Program-made: the position numbers and the translations under genes
Notes under the pieces: generated by a model
Databases searched by the model: none
Told to the model about the DNA's origin: nothing
What the model saw: the letters and a program-made list of their open reading frames with translations, nothing else
Part shown: in pieces, positions 26,696-39,619 of the stretch
Layout: every line of letters begins with the position of its first letter
How positions within the stretch are numbered: the first letter of the stretch is position 1
Source of the DNA: Octopus vulgaris
Lineage: Eukaryota
Reading direction: 5' to 3'
DNA: 64,000 bases
NCBI GenBank assembly: GCA_951406725.2
Contig: OX597817.1
Coordinates: 126,604,001-126,668,000 of the forward strand

Positions 26696-28834
26696 TAAAG
26701 ACTGCATGTCAATGTGAGCACACAAAATGATAATGGTACGTTAATTCTAAGTCTATGATTATGAATATATTTTTGAAAGGAGGATTGGAGCAATATCCAT
26801 GACTATTTTCAGCGACGCAGACTGGCGAGGGAAAGTTCGGGAGTTGACTTTTAAAAAATTCTTTTTTTCAAATTCTTCTAGCTATGTATGTTATGCTAAA
26901 CACACACAGTAACCCACTGATTTGCAGCCAAATAAATCTATCTAGATTAAGAAATTGGAGATATTTCTTTAAGCAAACATCGACCAGATGGCAGCTGAAC
27001 GAAAATGTACATCAGATTAAGACTAGCAATGACCTATCAATATTTTCAAATGTCTTTGTATGTAGTTCTGAGCAGAAGTAGATATCGCCACACTGAAATA
27101 AGTTAATGTTATAGTTATATATATGAATGAGTTGTTGTTGTATTTCTAACTGTTGTCTTGAGGGAGACACTAATGAAGATAATTGTGTGGTCATTATTTA
27201 AGTCAATAAAACGATGGCAACGAACTTTACTGAAAGTAATGGAAGGTAGTAATCATATATCATATCACAGTTACATCATTACCGGACATACATATGTGTG
27301 CGTGCGTGCGTGCATGTGTGTGTACATGTGTGAGTGTGTTTATGTGTGCGTGAGTATGTGTGTGTGCTTACATTTCAACAACTATACAGTGTCAGCTCAT
27401 TAAATTTTAATATGACAAAATTTCCATCTAATATAACATCTATATTCACCACGGCCATCATCATCATCGGTGTCATTATCATCATCATGATCATAAACTC
27501 CACTATGTATAAAAATGGCAGCAACAGAAGCAAATTTATCATCATTGTCATCGCCATTATCATAATTATTTGCCATCATCTATGACACCATTTTTAGTTT
27601 CTGCAGAGCATAAGCTATGAGGAATAGGATTTTAAAAGCCGATAATTAAAGAGTGCATTTGTATTCTGATTGCATTATAATGCAATCAGAATGCAACACA
27701 ATACTAAAATATACAAATCATAGAATGGCCATAGTAAAATACATTTACTCATTGGTTGTTTCCATTACTGGTAACTTAATCAAAACAATTTGAAATTTAT
27801 GAAAATTCAAGACCGCTTTTCATATGACTTTAACATTTAGCAAAGGTTATCATGGAAGTGAGGCCCCAGGCGAAAACAAAAACAATAATGGTGGGATAAA
27901 TATATCCTCCAACAATATGAAAATTACACCATCCTGCTTCTTTCTGCGAAAACTTTGTCGTCTCTCTTCAAATTACACATATTCTTTCAGAAGTAGAAAC
28001 ACTCAAGATATATTGCCAGTGACGTAGATGTACTCCCCATTGCAACACGCCGCCTCGATTATCCGACGGAGCGGTGCATTGTGTTCTAGAGCCAAACAAC
28101 TTCATCGAACATAGCTATGGGATCTCTTCCGCATCTGGCGCATATATAGGTAGCATCGAGTAGATGGGGGATTAAGCAGTACAACCATTTCATCACTAAG
28201 AACAAAATATCTGTGCGTGGTGTGCAGCAATAAATTGCAGAACTTTCTTTTTCGAACTCTGACCTAACAAAATTATGACCTAACATATAGTAACACATTA
28301 CTATATTTAACTTGATCACGGTTAATCCAAGATTAAAATCCAACAACACTGGCAATATTAAAATCAAGTCATTTCTTATTATAATAAATTATCACATTTT
28401 GCATAAACCGTTTTCTCGCAAATACTACTTCATGCCGTACAAATATGCGGGTGGCATGCAAATATTCAACAAACTTCACATGGCAAACTTTAAATATAAT
28501 ATAAAAGAAATATGTACTTTAATATGTATCATATGTGTAAATATATATTTATATGTCTATGTATCTCCCTCTCGCTTTGTCACTCTATCTCTCTTTCTAT
28601 ATATATATATATAGAGAGAGAGAGAGGGAGAGTGAGTGAGAGAGGGAGAGAAAGAGAGAAAAAAAGAAAGAGAATATGTATATATATATATATAACAAAG
28701 TAGGGAGACAATTTCAAGTAAATAACAATTCAATCTCAAATTTGGTTTTCACCACACATAGTATTAATTGGAGTTAAAATACTTAATGTAGTAGGACCCG
28801 AGAAAATGTAATAAGGTAGAAAATGGAAACAGAT

Positions 28835-29250
28835 ATAATTCCTTATTTATTAATCCATTTTATGATATATGTTTCTGTTTCAATTAGTTAATTAAATAAA
28901 TTAATAATTAAATAATTGTCATTACAATGCATTTAGTAAAATATCTTCTCGGGGGGTTCCAGCGAAATTCTTAGTTACACCATTTAAAAATATTTATGAA
29001 CTAAATCATTAAAATGGTTATACTATTATGAACGCTAAAAAATATCAAAAATAAAACAAAAATGTGGTACGTATAATGGAAAGAAAAAATAAATTTCATA
29101 GAACGAATAGAAATCGAAAACAATGTCATTTCGGTGTTCTCTTTCTTCTATTCCAAGCAGCTACAGTTACAGCCTAATATAATGAAAATTTTGCCTAAAA
29201 AATAAAACATTAATTTTAAAGATTCTTTAATTAGAAAACTATTAACTTCA
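28835..29250 (+). repeat. Inverted copy of the 5' region of the Naiad-like element (32290-32725)
   Basis: AATAATTGTCATTACAATGCATTTAG...TTCCAGCGAAATTCTTAGTTACACCATTTAAAAATATT...AATTTCATAGAACGAATAGAAATCG...TTCTATTCCAAGC matches the reverse complement of 32370-32625. Confidence 0.75.
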
Positions 29251-29776
29251 TCATTTACATATGAATAATTGTTAACTTATGATTTATTAAATGTAACCCG
29301 CACATACACGTATATATATATTCAGAATAATATCCCTATATATGCACATATACAAATGCATGCATATGTCCATACATGTTCACACGCAGAAACACATATT
29401 AATACACTTGTATACGTGCATACTTACACACAGTCATGCATGTATATGTGTATACATCTATACGTAGAGGTACGCTCGAACGCACACGTTAACACATGTT
29501 TTTTCACACTCACACATACTCACACACACATACAGATACATATATATGTACTCTCATGTATACAAGCATATAATTGTATGTGGAGTAAGCAATGATATAT
29601 ATTTTTTAGCTTATGTATTCAGAAATTGGCTGAAAAGTTCGATGATGCGTCGTCATACACATACATCCACACACATACACACATAAACACACACACACAT
29701 ATATATATAGATATATATATATACATGCATATACATATATATACATGCATATCCATATATATATATATATATGTAT

Positions 29777-29814
<38 letters not shown>

Positions 29815-30155
29815 GTACAGATATATACATGCATATATGCATATATAAATAAATAAATCCCTATAGGCACCCACATAGATATTTTAAAACTCCTATACAT
29901 ATATGTCATCATGTTCCCATATATTCACACACATACACAGATATAGTTTTTAGATACACTTCTATATATATACAAATATACATGCATAAATACATATATC
30001 AATACACATGCATATACAATATATATATACATACATATACACACATACATACATTATCACATACATATACACACATAGATATATTATCATATACATATAC
30101 AAACGTATAAACGCACATATACATATCTGTACTCACATATATATCTATATACATA

Positions 30156-30189
<34 letters not shown>

Positions 30190-30429
30190 CGTGCATATAC
30201 CGCATAAATATACATACACATACGTATACATATATACGTTCACACATAAATATATACACACACATATATACGCATATACATACCTATAGACATATACAAA
30301 TGCATCCATATATATATATATATATATATCTACACACAAAAAGTAAAAAGTAAGAACAAATATATCAAAATACAGACATTAGAAATATCAAAAATATTAA
30401 ACATATTAAAAATTATGTATCAATTATCC

Positions 30430-30903
30430 CTATATATTAATGAGGATTCTTAGTATCAACATAATAAACTATTCTTAATTATCGTTTCCTAAATTTATGG
30501 GTAAAATTCATATTAAAACTAGAGGTCAAATTCAACAATTTAAATCTAGATGCATCAAAAATAGTTCCTCTAGACATAAATTGCACCTATTACTAACAAA
30601 GGAGTAAAGCTTTGCATATCCATTTATTGAACATTAAACTTCCTCATCAATGCTCTTTTCCTTCAGTCCCCATATATATTTACTAAGTCTAGTAGATCGA
30701 CTTCTTTAGTTAATATGAAAATCTGAGCAACGATTATTATATCAGGATTTAAATTTATTAGTTGTATATCCAATGTAATAAACCGTTTCACCATTAGTTC
30801 TTACCTCAGATCTATATACTAATTCTTTTCGAGACACAACCCATTTAGCGGACATATAGTTATATCTCTACAATTACAATCAATTTATTGTATTATTATT
30901 ATT

Positions 30904-30947
<44 letters not shown>

Positions 30948-32724
30948 TATTATTGATATTATTATTATTACTATAGGATGGAGAACATATGGAAGAGGCG
31001 TGGCGTGTTAATGCTGCTGAAGATAAGGCTACTTCGGGTTGCCACTTTCTCTATTGCAACGTACGGCTGAGAGTCGTGGACAATGTTGAAGGCAGACGCG
31101 AAAAGAGTGAGCTCTTTTGAAATGTGGTGTTACCGCAGAATCCTTAGAGTGTCGTAGACAGAGAGAAGGATGAACAACTGTGTACTATAAAAGCTCGGTT
31201 GCGAGATGACGCTTCGGCGAAATATCATGAAGCTGAAGCTACGGTTCTTTGGCCTCGTCATTCGCCGAGATGGACTCGAGCGAACGATCATAACTGGCAA
31301 GGTGAACGGCAGACGTAAAAGAGGCGGTCCGTCCACTTCTTGGCTGAAAGACATCGAGCCATGGGATTGTTTTTATTCTCAGCTGTCCATGGGGGTAGAA
31401 TACAGGAGCAGGTGGCAAGACATCGTGATGACCACAGCATCGCATAGTGCGACACCTGACTAGGATGATGTTGACATGACGTTCCCAACTGACGGTTATC
31501 CAGTATTATTCACATTTGGTATATACTTAATTTTCTCTTTGTATCCAGCTTTCATGAGAGCATAGGTATAATAATTATGATTATTATGGAAATTTGTCTC
31601 ATTAGATGATAATCTGGATAATCTTATAGATATATTCTTTATCAAAGATTTAATATTACTCCTTGGGAGATTAGAGTAATAGCTTATATACCTTAAATTT
31701 TCATTAGTCTTATGGAGAGGAACAAAACTCGCTGTATTCAAATCTAATGTTACGTCCAGAAAATTAGGTACATTAAATTCATTTACAATACTAATGGAAA
31801 GGCATATCTAGCGGAAAATCTAACGGATACTTTTGATAAATATTTCACTGTCTGACCTTACAGTTTCTCACAATAAATAGAGCATCATCATGATAAACAC
31901 CACCTTTAATGTTAACGAATTGATGGTGTAGTTCACTTAAAAGATATATACCTACATGATCAGTAACTTAAGTGGAGTCACTTGATCCCATAGTTATACC
32001 AAAATATCTATCTTTTATAACCAATAGCTATCCTCAAACTCAATGATAGATTTACAAGCAGCTAAGATAATATCAATTTCTTTCCTAGAAAGATCAGGAT
32101 GTGGCATACCGAAAATTAAAGTTTTATTCTAAATAGTAGGGTAAATAGAAGAGAAATATTTATCTATATCAAATTGAATAAACTTTTGCTTACCTCTATT
32201 GATCTAACCCAATCGATGACCATAGAAGAATCATCCCAAATTTCCAACGTAATAGCAACCTTGATTACTGCTATGTACTTTTCCAAAGGTTAATATTTTA
32301 CTAACATAACGAATCGTTAGAATTAATGTTTTATTTTCTAGATAAAATTTTCGATATATACTTTAACTTTAGCGGCTTGGAATAGAAAAAAGCAATATCG
32401 AAATAACATTGTTATTCTATTCCGATTTCTATTCGTTCTATGAAATTAATATTTATTTCCATTATACATAACAATTCTTATATTTGTATATTTTTTAACA
32501 TTAATAAGCGTAATAACGATTTAAATTATTTAGTTTATGAATATTTTTAAATGATGTAACTAAGAATTTTGCTGGAATCCCCGGAGAAGCTTTTTAACTA
32601 AATGCATTGTATTGACAATTATTTAATTAACTAATTAAAATAGATATGCTCTTAGTAATTAAGCAGAAATATATGTCGGAAAACTATATATTTATATGGA
32701 TAAATAAATAAAGGGATATTATAT

Positions 32725-32725
<1 letters not shown>
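30430..32725 (-). mobile_element. Degenerate Naiad-like Penelope element, interrupted by an RTE fragment and a microsatellite
   Basis: Minus strand RT at 31490-32280: FIQFDIDKYFSSI...ITMGSSDS...GVYHDDAL...NFLDVTLDLNTASF...YISYYSNLP...RLSRLSSNE...YALMKAGY. Endonuclease at 30480-30880: CNCRDITICPLNGLC...VYRSEV...YYIGYTTNKFK...STRLSKYIWGLK...CNLCLEE. The CNCR..CPL.G.C and C.LCL.E motifs are typical of Naiad/Chlamys-type PLEs. Confidence 0.8.
30976..31490 (+). mobile_element. RTE-clade LINE 3' fragment nested in the Naiad-like PLE
   Basis: FEMWCYRRILRVS*TERR...LKLRFFGLVIRRDGLERTIITGKVNGRRKRGGPSTSWLKDI, the typical RTE/BovB-like C-terminus. Confidence 0.85.
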
Positions 32726-32794
<69 letters not shown>

Positions 32795-34295
32795 ATGTGT
32801 GTGTATGACGAACATCCGATATACCTAGAATAAGATATAATATAAATTTATTATCCAGCATGGCTGTTTTCCCAAAAGTCAAATCTAAGTGAGGTAACCA
32901 CTCAAAAGATGTTATTCTAGAATACCGCTACTTCATTTATTGTTTTCTTTACGAGAAGCTCAGATAAATGACGAGACCATTTGACTTGATCCAAAATGGA
33001 GAGGAACAATATTCTGAAATGTGATCGGCTTGAAAAATTGTTAAGATATTAAGATACGCTTTCACAAAAATAAACGAATTTTAGCTTTAATACAGAAATA
33101 CTTAAATTCTATCTTCCAATGAGGTGCTGAGCACTCATTCACCTCACCTCACTCGACATTTACGAATACATATATGTGTATGTGTTAAAATGGAGTCCAC
33201 GACATTGACGAAACTTAGCCAGTCGACCACCAGGTCGTGGAAATTACAGTAATATTAGCGCCATGCACTGTTTATGCATGAGCAAATTTCGGTTAGTTGA
33301 AATATGTTTGTGAGATATTTCAACTGCTAAAAGACAGTTACTGCAGTTACTGTGGAGAAAATCTTCCTTTATGCTAAATAGTTTAAAAACACCGAATCTG
33401 CCCAGTGTCGCCATCTATCAGGGTTGTCAGACGTCGATGTTTCTCTCTCCGTAGTGGTTAACAATGCGAAATACTCATTACAATGTGTCGACAGAGGAAA
33501 TACTGCGAAGTATTTTGGCCGATGTGCTAACGATTCTGCAAGCTCGCTGCCTTGACTATAGGATTTAATATTAATACATATAAGGTGTACTTTTGGCTTA
33601 TCAAAAACGCATATATCTATGTATCCGACTTGAAGTTAACATCTAAGAATGCTGCATCTCGTAAATCGGAAGTCTCTTTCATACGACTATTAAATGATTA
33701 CTTCTACAAAGTGAACTCATCGGTTTACTAGTTTTTGCGAATTGCAATAACGGAAAAAAGGAATTACATTTGGCTGTAATATACACGAATCTCTTGGACC
33801 CTATCAGTGAAAGTAGTCCGACAATGTCACATATTCCAGTATTTCATTTGAGCTGATATTCCATAAATTGTAGTGCTTCCTAGCTTGTCATTTATTTTGG
33901 TGATGTCTAGTCCCCTCTAAAGTGCAGAATGTGGTAATTAGGTTTAGATAAAAAATTCCACTGTCCAAATCTAGACTCTTAAGTGTTACTTATTTCCTTG
34001 ACGAAACATAGTTGTTCTCGCTTACTTTGTTCATTAATATTTTATATTTGCATTCAGATGCATGTATTATCTTCTACCGAGAGATAACGGCTATGTTTTA
34101 TGAATTTGAATGCAGTTGTACCTTTCGATCTGCTAGAAAATCTACTCTTTTATCTAATATTTTGTTTCGGAAGGCATAATATTATATGCATGCGTTAATT
34201 AGCTTATAGCTAGGTAATAATATAATTAAGAGCATTTTTATTCGATATAACCTACTTCAAATAAATTAGAGATTAGATCGGAAACGATAAATATA

Positions 34296-35305
34296 TTAGT
34301 TAGTTAGTTAATTTTTTGTCTCAAAAAGCAAAAAGCAAGGCCATGTAGAGGGACATGGAGTTATGTAGAGGGTGGTGTTCATGTAAAGAGTTCAGGCCAC
34401 CTGAGGTCAAGGGAGACTTTGAACCGAGCGGTCGTCGGCATCTTCACCTTCTCGTCTTGCAGCTTATTCCACAGATCCGCAACCCGGACGGAGAAAGCCC
34501 CTCTCCTTCGATTGAGATGAAATCGTCGCAGATAGAACTTTTCGGAATGACCCCGCAGCCGACGCTCTGGAGCAAGAGTGAAGAACAGCTCTTTCGAGAG
34601 GTTACACTTTCCGCCTATGATGTTGTGAGCAAGAATGAGAACTCCACGGCGTCGTCGTTTTTCTAGAGAATAAAGGTCGAGCGTCTTCAGCCTTTCTTCA
34701 TAAGACAAATTCTTGAGACCAAGAACCATGCGGGTAGCCAGCTTGTGGACTCTTTCGAGATGCTGTATGTCTTTGAGGAGATAAGGAGAAGAGGCTCGAA
34801 TCCCGTACTCCAATATGGGTCTCACCAGCATAGGGCGGTAGGAATATGGCTGCTGTGAGCAATCCGAATGACCGTCGAATCAAGAACAGAATTCCGCGTG
34901 CTTTTTTGGCAGCATGGACGCACTGGGCCGAAGGCGAAAAGGAGGAATCCACCAAGATACCCAGGTCCTTTATCAGATCGGTCCTCTCCAGCAACAGACG
35001 ACCCGGCTCGAAATCAAGTTGAGTTGCAGGAGGAGAGCCAACAAGCAGATGACAGCACTTTGACACGTTCAGGTACTGGTTCCATTCGTCAGACCATCTC
35101 CAAACGTGGTGGAGGCATCGACGAAGATCCTCTATATCACCGCGAGGAGCGACCAGTTTGACATCGTCGGCAAATAGAAGGGTCAGTTGCGTGAGGTCGT
35201 CGAGCAAGTCATTTATGAAAACTAAGAACAATAAGGCTCCAAGCACTGAACCTTGAGGCACGCCACTGCTCGCACTGGAGACATCAGACCGCGAACCATT
35301 AATTT
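34296..35305 (-). mobile_element. 5'-truncated CR1-clade LINE (RT C-half, 3' UTR, (TAAC)n tail)
   Basis: SGVPQGSVLGALLFLVFINDL...LFADDVKL...KDLGILVD...VRPILEYG...LSYEERLKTLDLYSLEKRR...LRGH...FSVRVADLWNKL with one frameshift. Tail reads TTAGTTAGTTAGTTA on the plus strand. Confidence 0.9.
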
Positions 35306-35319
35306 TGAGACCTTTTGAA

Positions 35320-36290
35320 CTGTAACGATTAAATAATTAAATTTAGAAAAATTATAAAAGTTTTTTTAAAGGAATATTTTTATAGTGTTCAAATATAAGT
35401 GGCATTTTTCTTGTTTCTGCCTTTCTCTGTCTCTCTTGTTTGCACTTGTGTGTTCCAGGTCGTTGTGAATTCTTCTTAGGGTAGAAGAAGAAGAAGGTTG
35501 ATGAGGAGAAGGGGTGGAAAAATTTGGGAGTGCCTTCATTGTCTTATTTTGAATGGTCAGTGACGGCTAGCAGGAGAATATTTCTATTGAAAGGTTTGTT
35601 TATGGAATTTGCGTAGAAGTTATACTAAAATGCATTAGTGATAAAGTTAAGAAGTAGAAGGTGGAGCAGAAGAAGAAGAAGAAGAAGAAGAAGAAGAAGA
35701 AAAAGAAGATGACGATGTTGATGATGATGAGGATGAAGAAGAAGAAGAAGAAGAAGAAGAAGAAGAAGAAGAAGGAGAAGGAGAAGATGATGATGATGGT
35801 GATGATGATGACGACGATGATGATAATGATGATGATGAAGAAGAAGAAGAAGAAGAAAAAAAAGAGAAGGGAGAATATGAATGAGTGGAAGTAGTGAGGT
35901 GTTGTATGACTTGAAGTTGGCACGTTATGGATCATAGCTGTGATTGGGGCTGATTTGTAATGGATTCTTTGGAATGTAATAATTGCGGGTGTGTTTCTGT
36001 TATTCTAAAGTTGGGGTGTATTAATCGTTTGTCGTAGACCCGTTAAGAAGTGGCCTGTATTTTGTAATAAAGAGAGTTTCTTTACTTATTCGTTGTCTCG
36101 AGGTTGTATCGTCCCTAAATTGGTAGAGGGGCAAAATCCTGAAGCCTGGTGTTTTGTTGCTGGCGCAAGTACCCATGTGTTGGCTGAAAGCGATTTTTCT
36201 GCTTTGGGAAATTCTTATCTGGGATCTGTGCAGGGCCATTCTTTTACGCAAACTATTTTTTGTTTGGCCTATGTACTGCTCTTGACATAT
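35320..36290 (-). mobile_element. Third copy of the Neptune-like PLE 3' end (GIY-YIG C-terminus + (GAA/GAT)n-containing tail)
   Basis: Minus-strand CQEQYIGQTKNSLRKRMALHRSQIRISQSRKIAFSQHMGTCASNK...ETLFITKYRPLLN. The tail is homologous to 13830-14500. Confidence 0.85.
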
Positions 36291-37104
36291 ATATGATATA
36301 TATATATATCAGAAATTTAAAAAAAAACGAAAATACACTTTACATAGTTTTAAGATAATTTTAGTTGAAGGCTCGGATTTCCTTTTCAAACATGAACAGA
36401 TGTTCACAAATAAAACTATTTTCCCTTGGGCCCCTGAGAACCTAATTCATGTAATAACCTGCTCGGGTTGCGGACACAACTATATTGAACAAGCCAGTAT
36501 GACCTTGAGAAGGAGAACCACACTATATAAAGAGCAAATCCCTTTCCCGCAATAGAGGCAATTTCCTCAAAGTGAGCATATAGAAAAATGTGCAGATAAC
36601 ATCTCTCCACAAGAATGTTTAAATAAACTTTTTTCATTGAAAAATACAGAACACGTCTTAATATGCACGCATAAACAACTTTTATCATTTTACCTATTTC
36701 AATTCATGATTACATCGCTGTACATAAACCTCCTCACTAAACAAGTTTTTCGAAACCTTCTTTGTGTGTACATATATATTCCCCTCCCCTTACACAAGAG
36801 TTATCACCCTTGACCATAATACCAAAAGATAATGACGATAAAGAATTACCTCCCAATATTTTTCTTGTGAAGATATTCAGTCGTAAATATCATCACACAC
36901 AACATGGACAAAAATTTCTTCTTAAGAAAGTACATATTCAAATAAGTAAACCATAACATCATGAATAGAGAAAGCGAAACCGGTCGATATATTAAAAATT
37001 ATATTACAACTATGTAAAGTGTGTGCATTTTCCTTTTATAATTCCTTATATATATTACAACTCACCATGTGGGAATATTTGAATTTCCTCCTTATATGTA
37101 TACG

Positions 37105-37141
<37 letters not shown>

Positions 37142-37199
37142 ATATATATATATATATACTTGGAAAAGGATGTCTGGCGTCCGATGATATATTAAGGTA

Positions 37200-38595
37200 A
37201 ATAATATATAAATATATGCATATATACATGTACATATGAGACATCATATATACATGACATCAAAAACGTTGAACACAATCAGAAACGAAAACACAAAAAT
37301 CAAAAACATAGAAACCAACTTTTTTCAAACAACGAAAAAAAACCCCAGAGAAATGAGACATACAACACAAGGAATATTCTCCTTCTTCACTTGTTCCTGT
37401 TTCATCAACTCCGAATTCGAAGGCAAGGACAAGACGCGACTTCGTGGAAACAGTCCTTCCCGCAATGCAAATTAAATCACATTTGGTACTTTTTGCGGAG
37501 AGTGAAAGTGGTAACAAGAACAGGACAGTAAGAACAAAACAGTAAAAACAATAAAAATGTAAAAACAGTAAAAGACTTGCTTCGAACTCCTTACCTTCGA
37601 TAATGCGGATTAGATGAAACAGGGACAAAAGAGGGTGTGTATTTCCACGCAGGAATAAAATACAGGCAAACTTGTTGTTCACAATGCACCTAAATTTGAA
37701 AAAGTTGTAATTGTTTGAAAGAAATTTACTTACATATATACCAAATTAGTTTCAACAATATTTTTGTTTATCAATGGTAACAATTTAGAAATCTGAATTA
37801 GAGAAACATCTTTAAAAGTTTCAATGTTGACAAACTTAAATTTTCATAACGGATAAGTTGAAAATTATGAAAAATACCGAAATGCCTTCCAGAACCAAGA
37901 ATAACCAATACCCTCTCCAGGGTTGCTAACTCTCTTTAAAGACAGAAAATGGGAAATTCCACTGCACCCTTCACCGCAAGTCTCAAAGATACAGAAACGC
38001 ATCACACGCCAAGAACCATCCACGTCCCAAATGGAACGTCTTCGTAAATAACCCTTTCGGATAGAACTATAAGAGAAATATGACCTGCTCACGCCCGAGA
38101 CAATATCACATAAAGAAGATTTCGAACAGGACCAAAGAAGAAGTAGGTACGTTTCCCACACGAGACATTATTTTTCCACAATAACCACCTCGTCCAAACA
38201 GCATATAACCATCACGACAACGCAACTCAGAGCCGACCGCAACAGAGAACCAACAATATACCAAGGGTCAGCGGAAGGATAATCAACAGAAACACTAATT
38301 CGTCATATTAAAACCCAAGACACCATTCTTAAATAACCTGGGCCAAAACCAAGACAGTCGATGGCATCAACGAAATGTGATATGCTGGAGGCGATAAATC
38401 TCTCGCAAGAAACTCTTTCAAACCAGCAAATCACAATTCTCGCAAAGGGATTGAAGTTCACCCCAACATCATATAGGTCGAACCTAAATGATATATACAA
38501 TGATATCCAGAAATTCTGCTGAAAACTTCGCATCACTGAAGAACTACTGGATAAATATAATAATGATCAATCAATACTTCACAATAAAAGTAGTG
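37200..38595 (+). mobile_element. Degenerate 5' part of a Penelope-like element (terminal repeat + N-terminal coding remnant)
   Basis: 38395-38590 translates INLSQETLSNQQITILAKGLKFTPTSYRSNLNDIYNDIQKFC*KLR, matching the NLS..L....L.KGL.F.PT motif upstream of PLE RTs. Contains stops and frameshifts. Confidence 0.65.
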
Positions 38596-38745
38596 GCAGG
38601 ACAAGAAGCATTGATGCTTCCTAGGGCTAAATAGCAGTAGTGTGATTCTCTTCATGGGACTGTCACATTAAGTTGACAATATACAACTACTCTATCGTGC
38701 CACTACTGCATATATCTCTCTGAGATATTTAGAAATGATTTATTT

Positions 38746-38796
<51 letters not shown>

Positions 38797-38798
<2 letters not shown>

Positions 38799-39374
38799 AT
38801 AGAAATATTAAAATTACTAAGTCTCTCTAAAAGAGAACACGACAGCGTTCCTGGAAAATAATAGTTATCGCCATACGAATATGGCATTCTTATAAAAATA
38901 AGAATAAAGCTGTCCGCTTATTAGCTCCATGAGGCCATCGCCTTAAGTTAGCTATTTGATACACAAACTGTATCCATATAACCTTCGAAAAAAGGAGGTC
39001 AGTCGCTTCACACTACTTGATCGACAGCTACAGACGCGTTTCGGGGTATTGCCCCTTTTCTATGTAGCGTAGTCAGACCAGTAGGTGTCGCTTCCGACAA
39101 TCTCTGTTCGAAGGTTTTATTTACCTAGTTTCAGTGGAATACATCCACTTGTTTTCAATAATAGAAATATTAAAATTACTAAGTCTCTCTAAAAGAGAAC
39201 ACGTAGCTGTCGATCAAGTAGTGTGGAGCGACTGACCTCCCTTGTTCGAAGGTTATATGGATACAGTTTGTGTATCAAATAGCTAACTTAAGGCGATGGC
39301 CTCATGGAGCTAATAAGCGGACAGCTTTATTCTTATTTTTATAAGAATGCCATATTCGTATGGCGATAACTAAT
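38797..39374. mobile_element. Retrozyme-like hammerhead repeat, locus 3: minus-strand 1.1-mer (38797-39202) joined to an inverted plus-strand segment (39203-39374)
   Basis: AGAAATATTAAAATTACTAAGTCTCTCTAAAAGAGAACAC at 38801 and 39163 (period 362). 39203-39374 is the near-exact reverse complement of ~38860-39031. (TA)n on both sides. Confidence 0.85.
39028..39067 (-). ncRNA. Hammerhead ribozyme motif (core partly mutated)
   Basis: Reverse complement: CTACA TAGAAAA GGGG-caata-CCCC GAAAC-GC-GTC^ TGTAG. Perfect stems I and II and a palindromic ACGCGT stem III. U3/A8 retained, U4 mutated. Confidence 0.6.
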
Positions 39375-39391
39375 ATATATATATATGTATG

Positions 39392-39467
<76 letters not shown>

Positions 39468-39619
39468 TATATATATATATATATATATATAGGTGTAAAA
39501 AGGTTGAATGTACATTCGTCCATTAATCTGGATGTTACCCCAAAATGTTTCTAATGTTGATTCTTCATATTTGCTGGTAGATTACTAGATTACAGGCGTA
39601 AATATGTGAAGATATGAAA

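Noticed and set aside
33403-33423. CTCF-like motif CGCCATCTATCAGG
   Set aside because: A single short partial match, also common in transposon ends; no supporting context.
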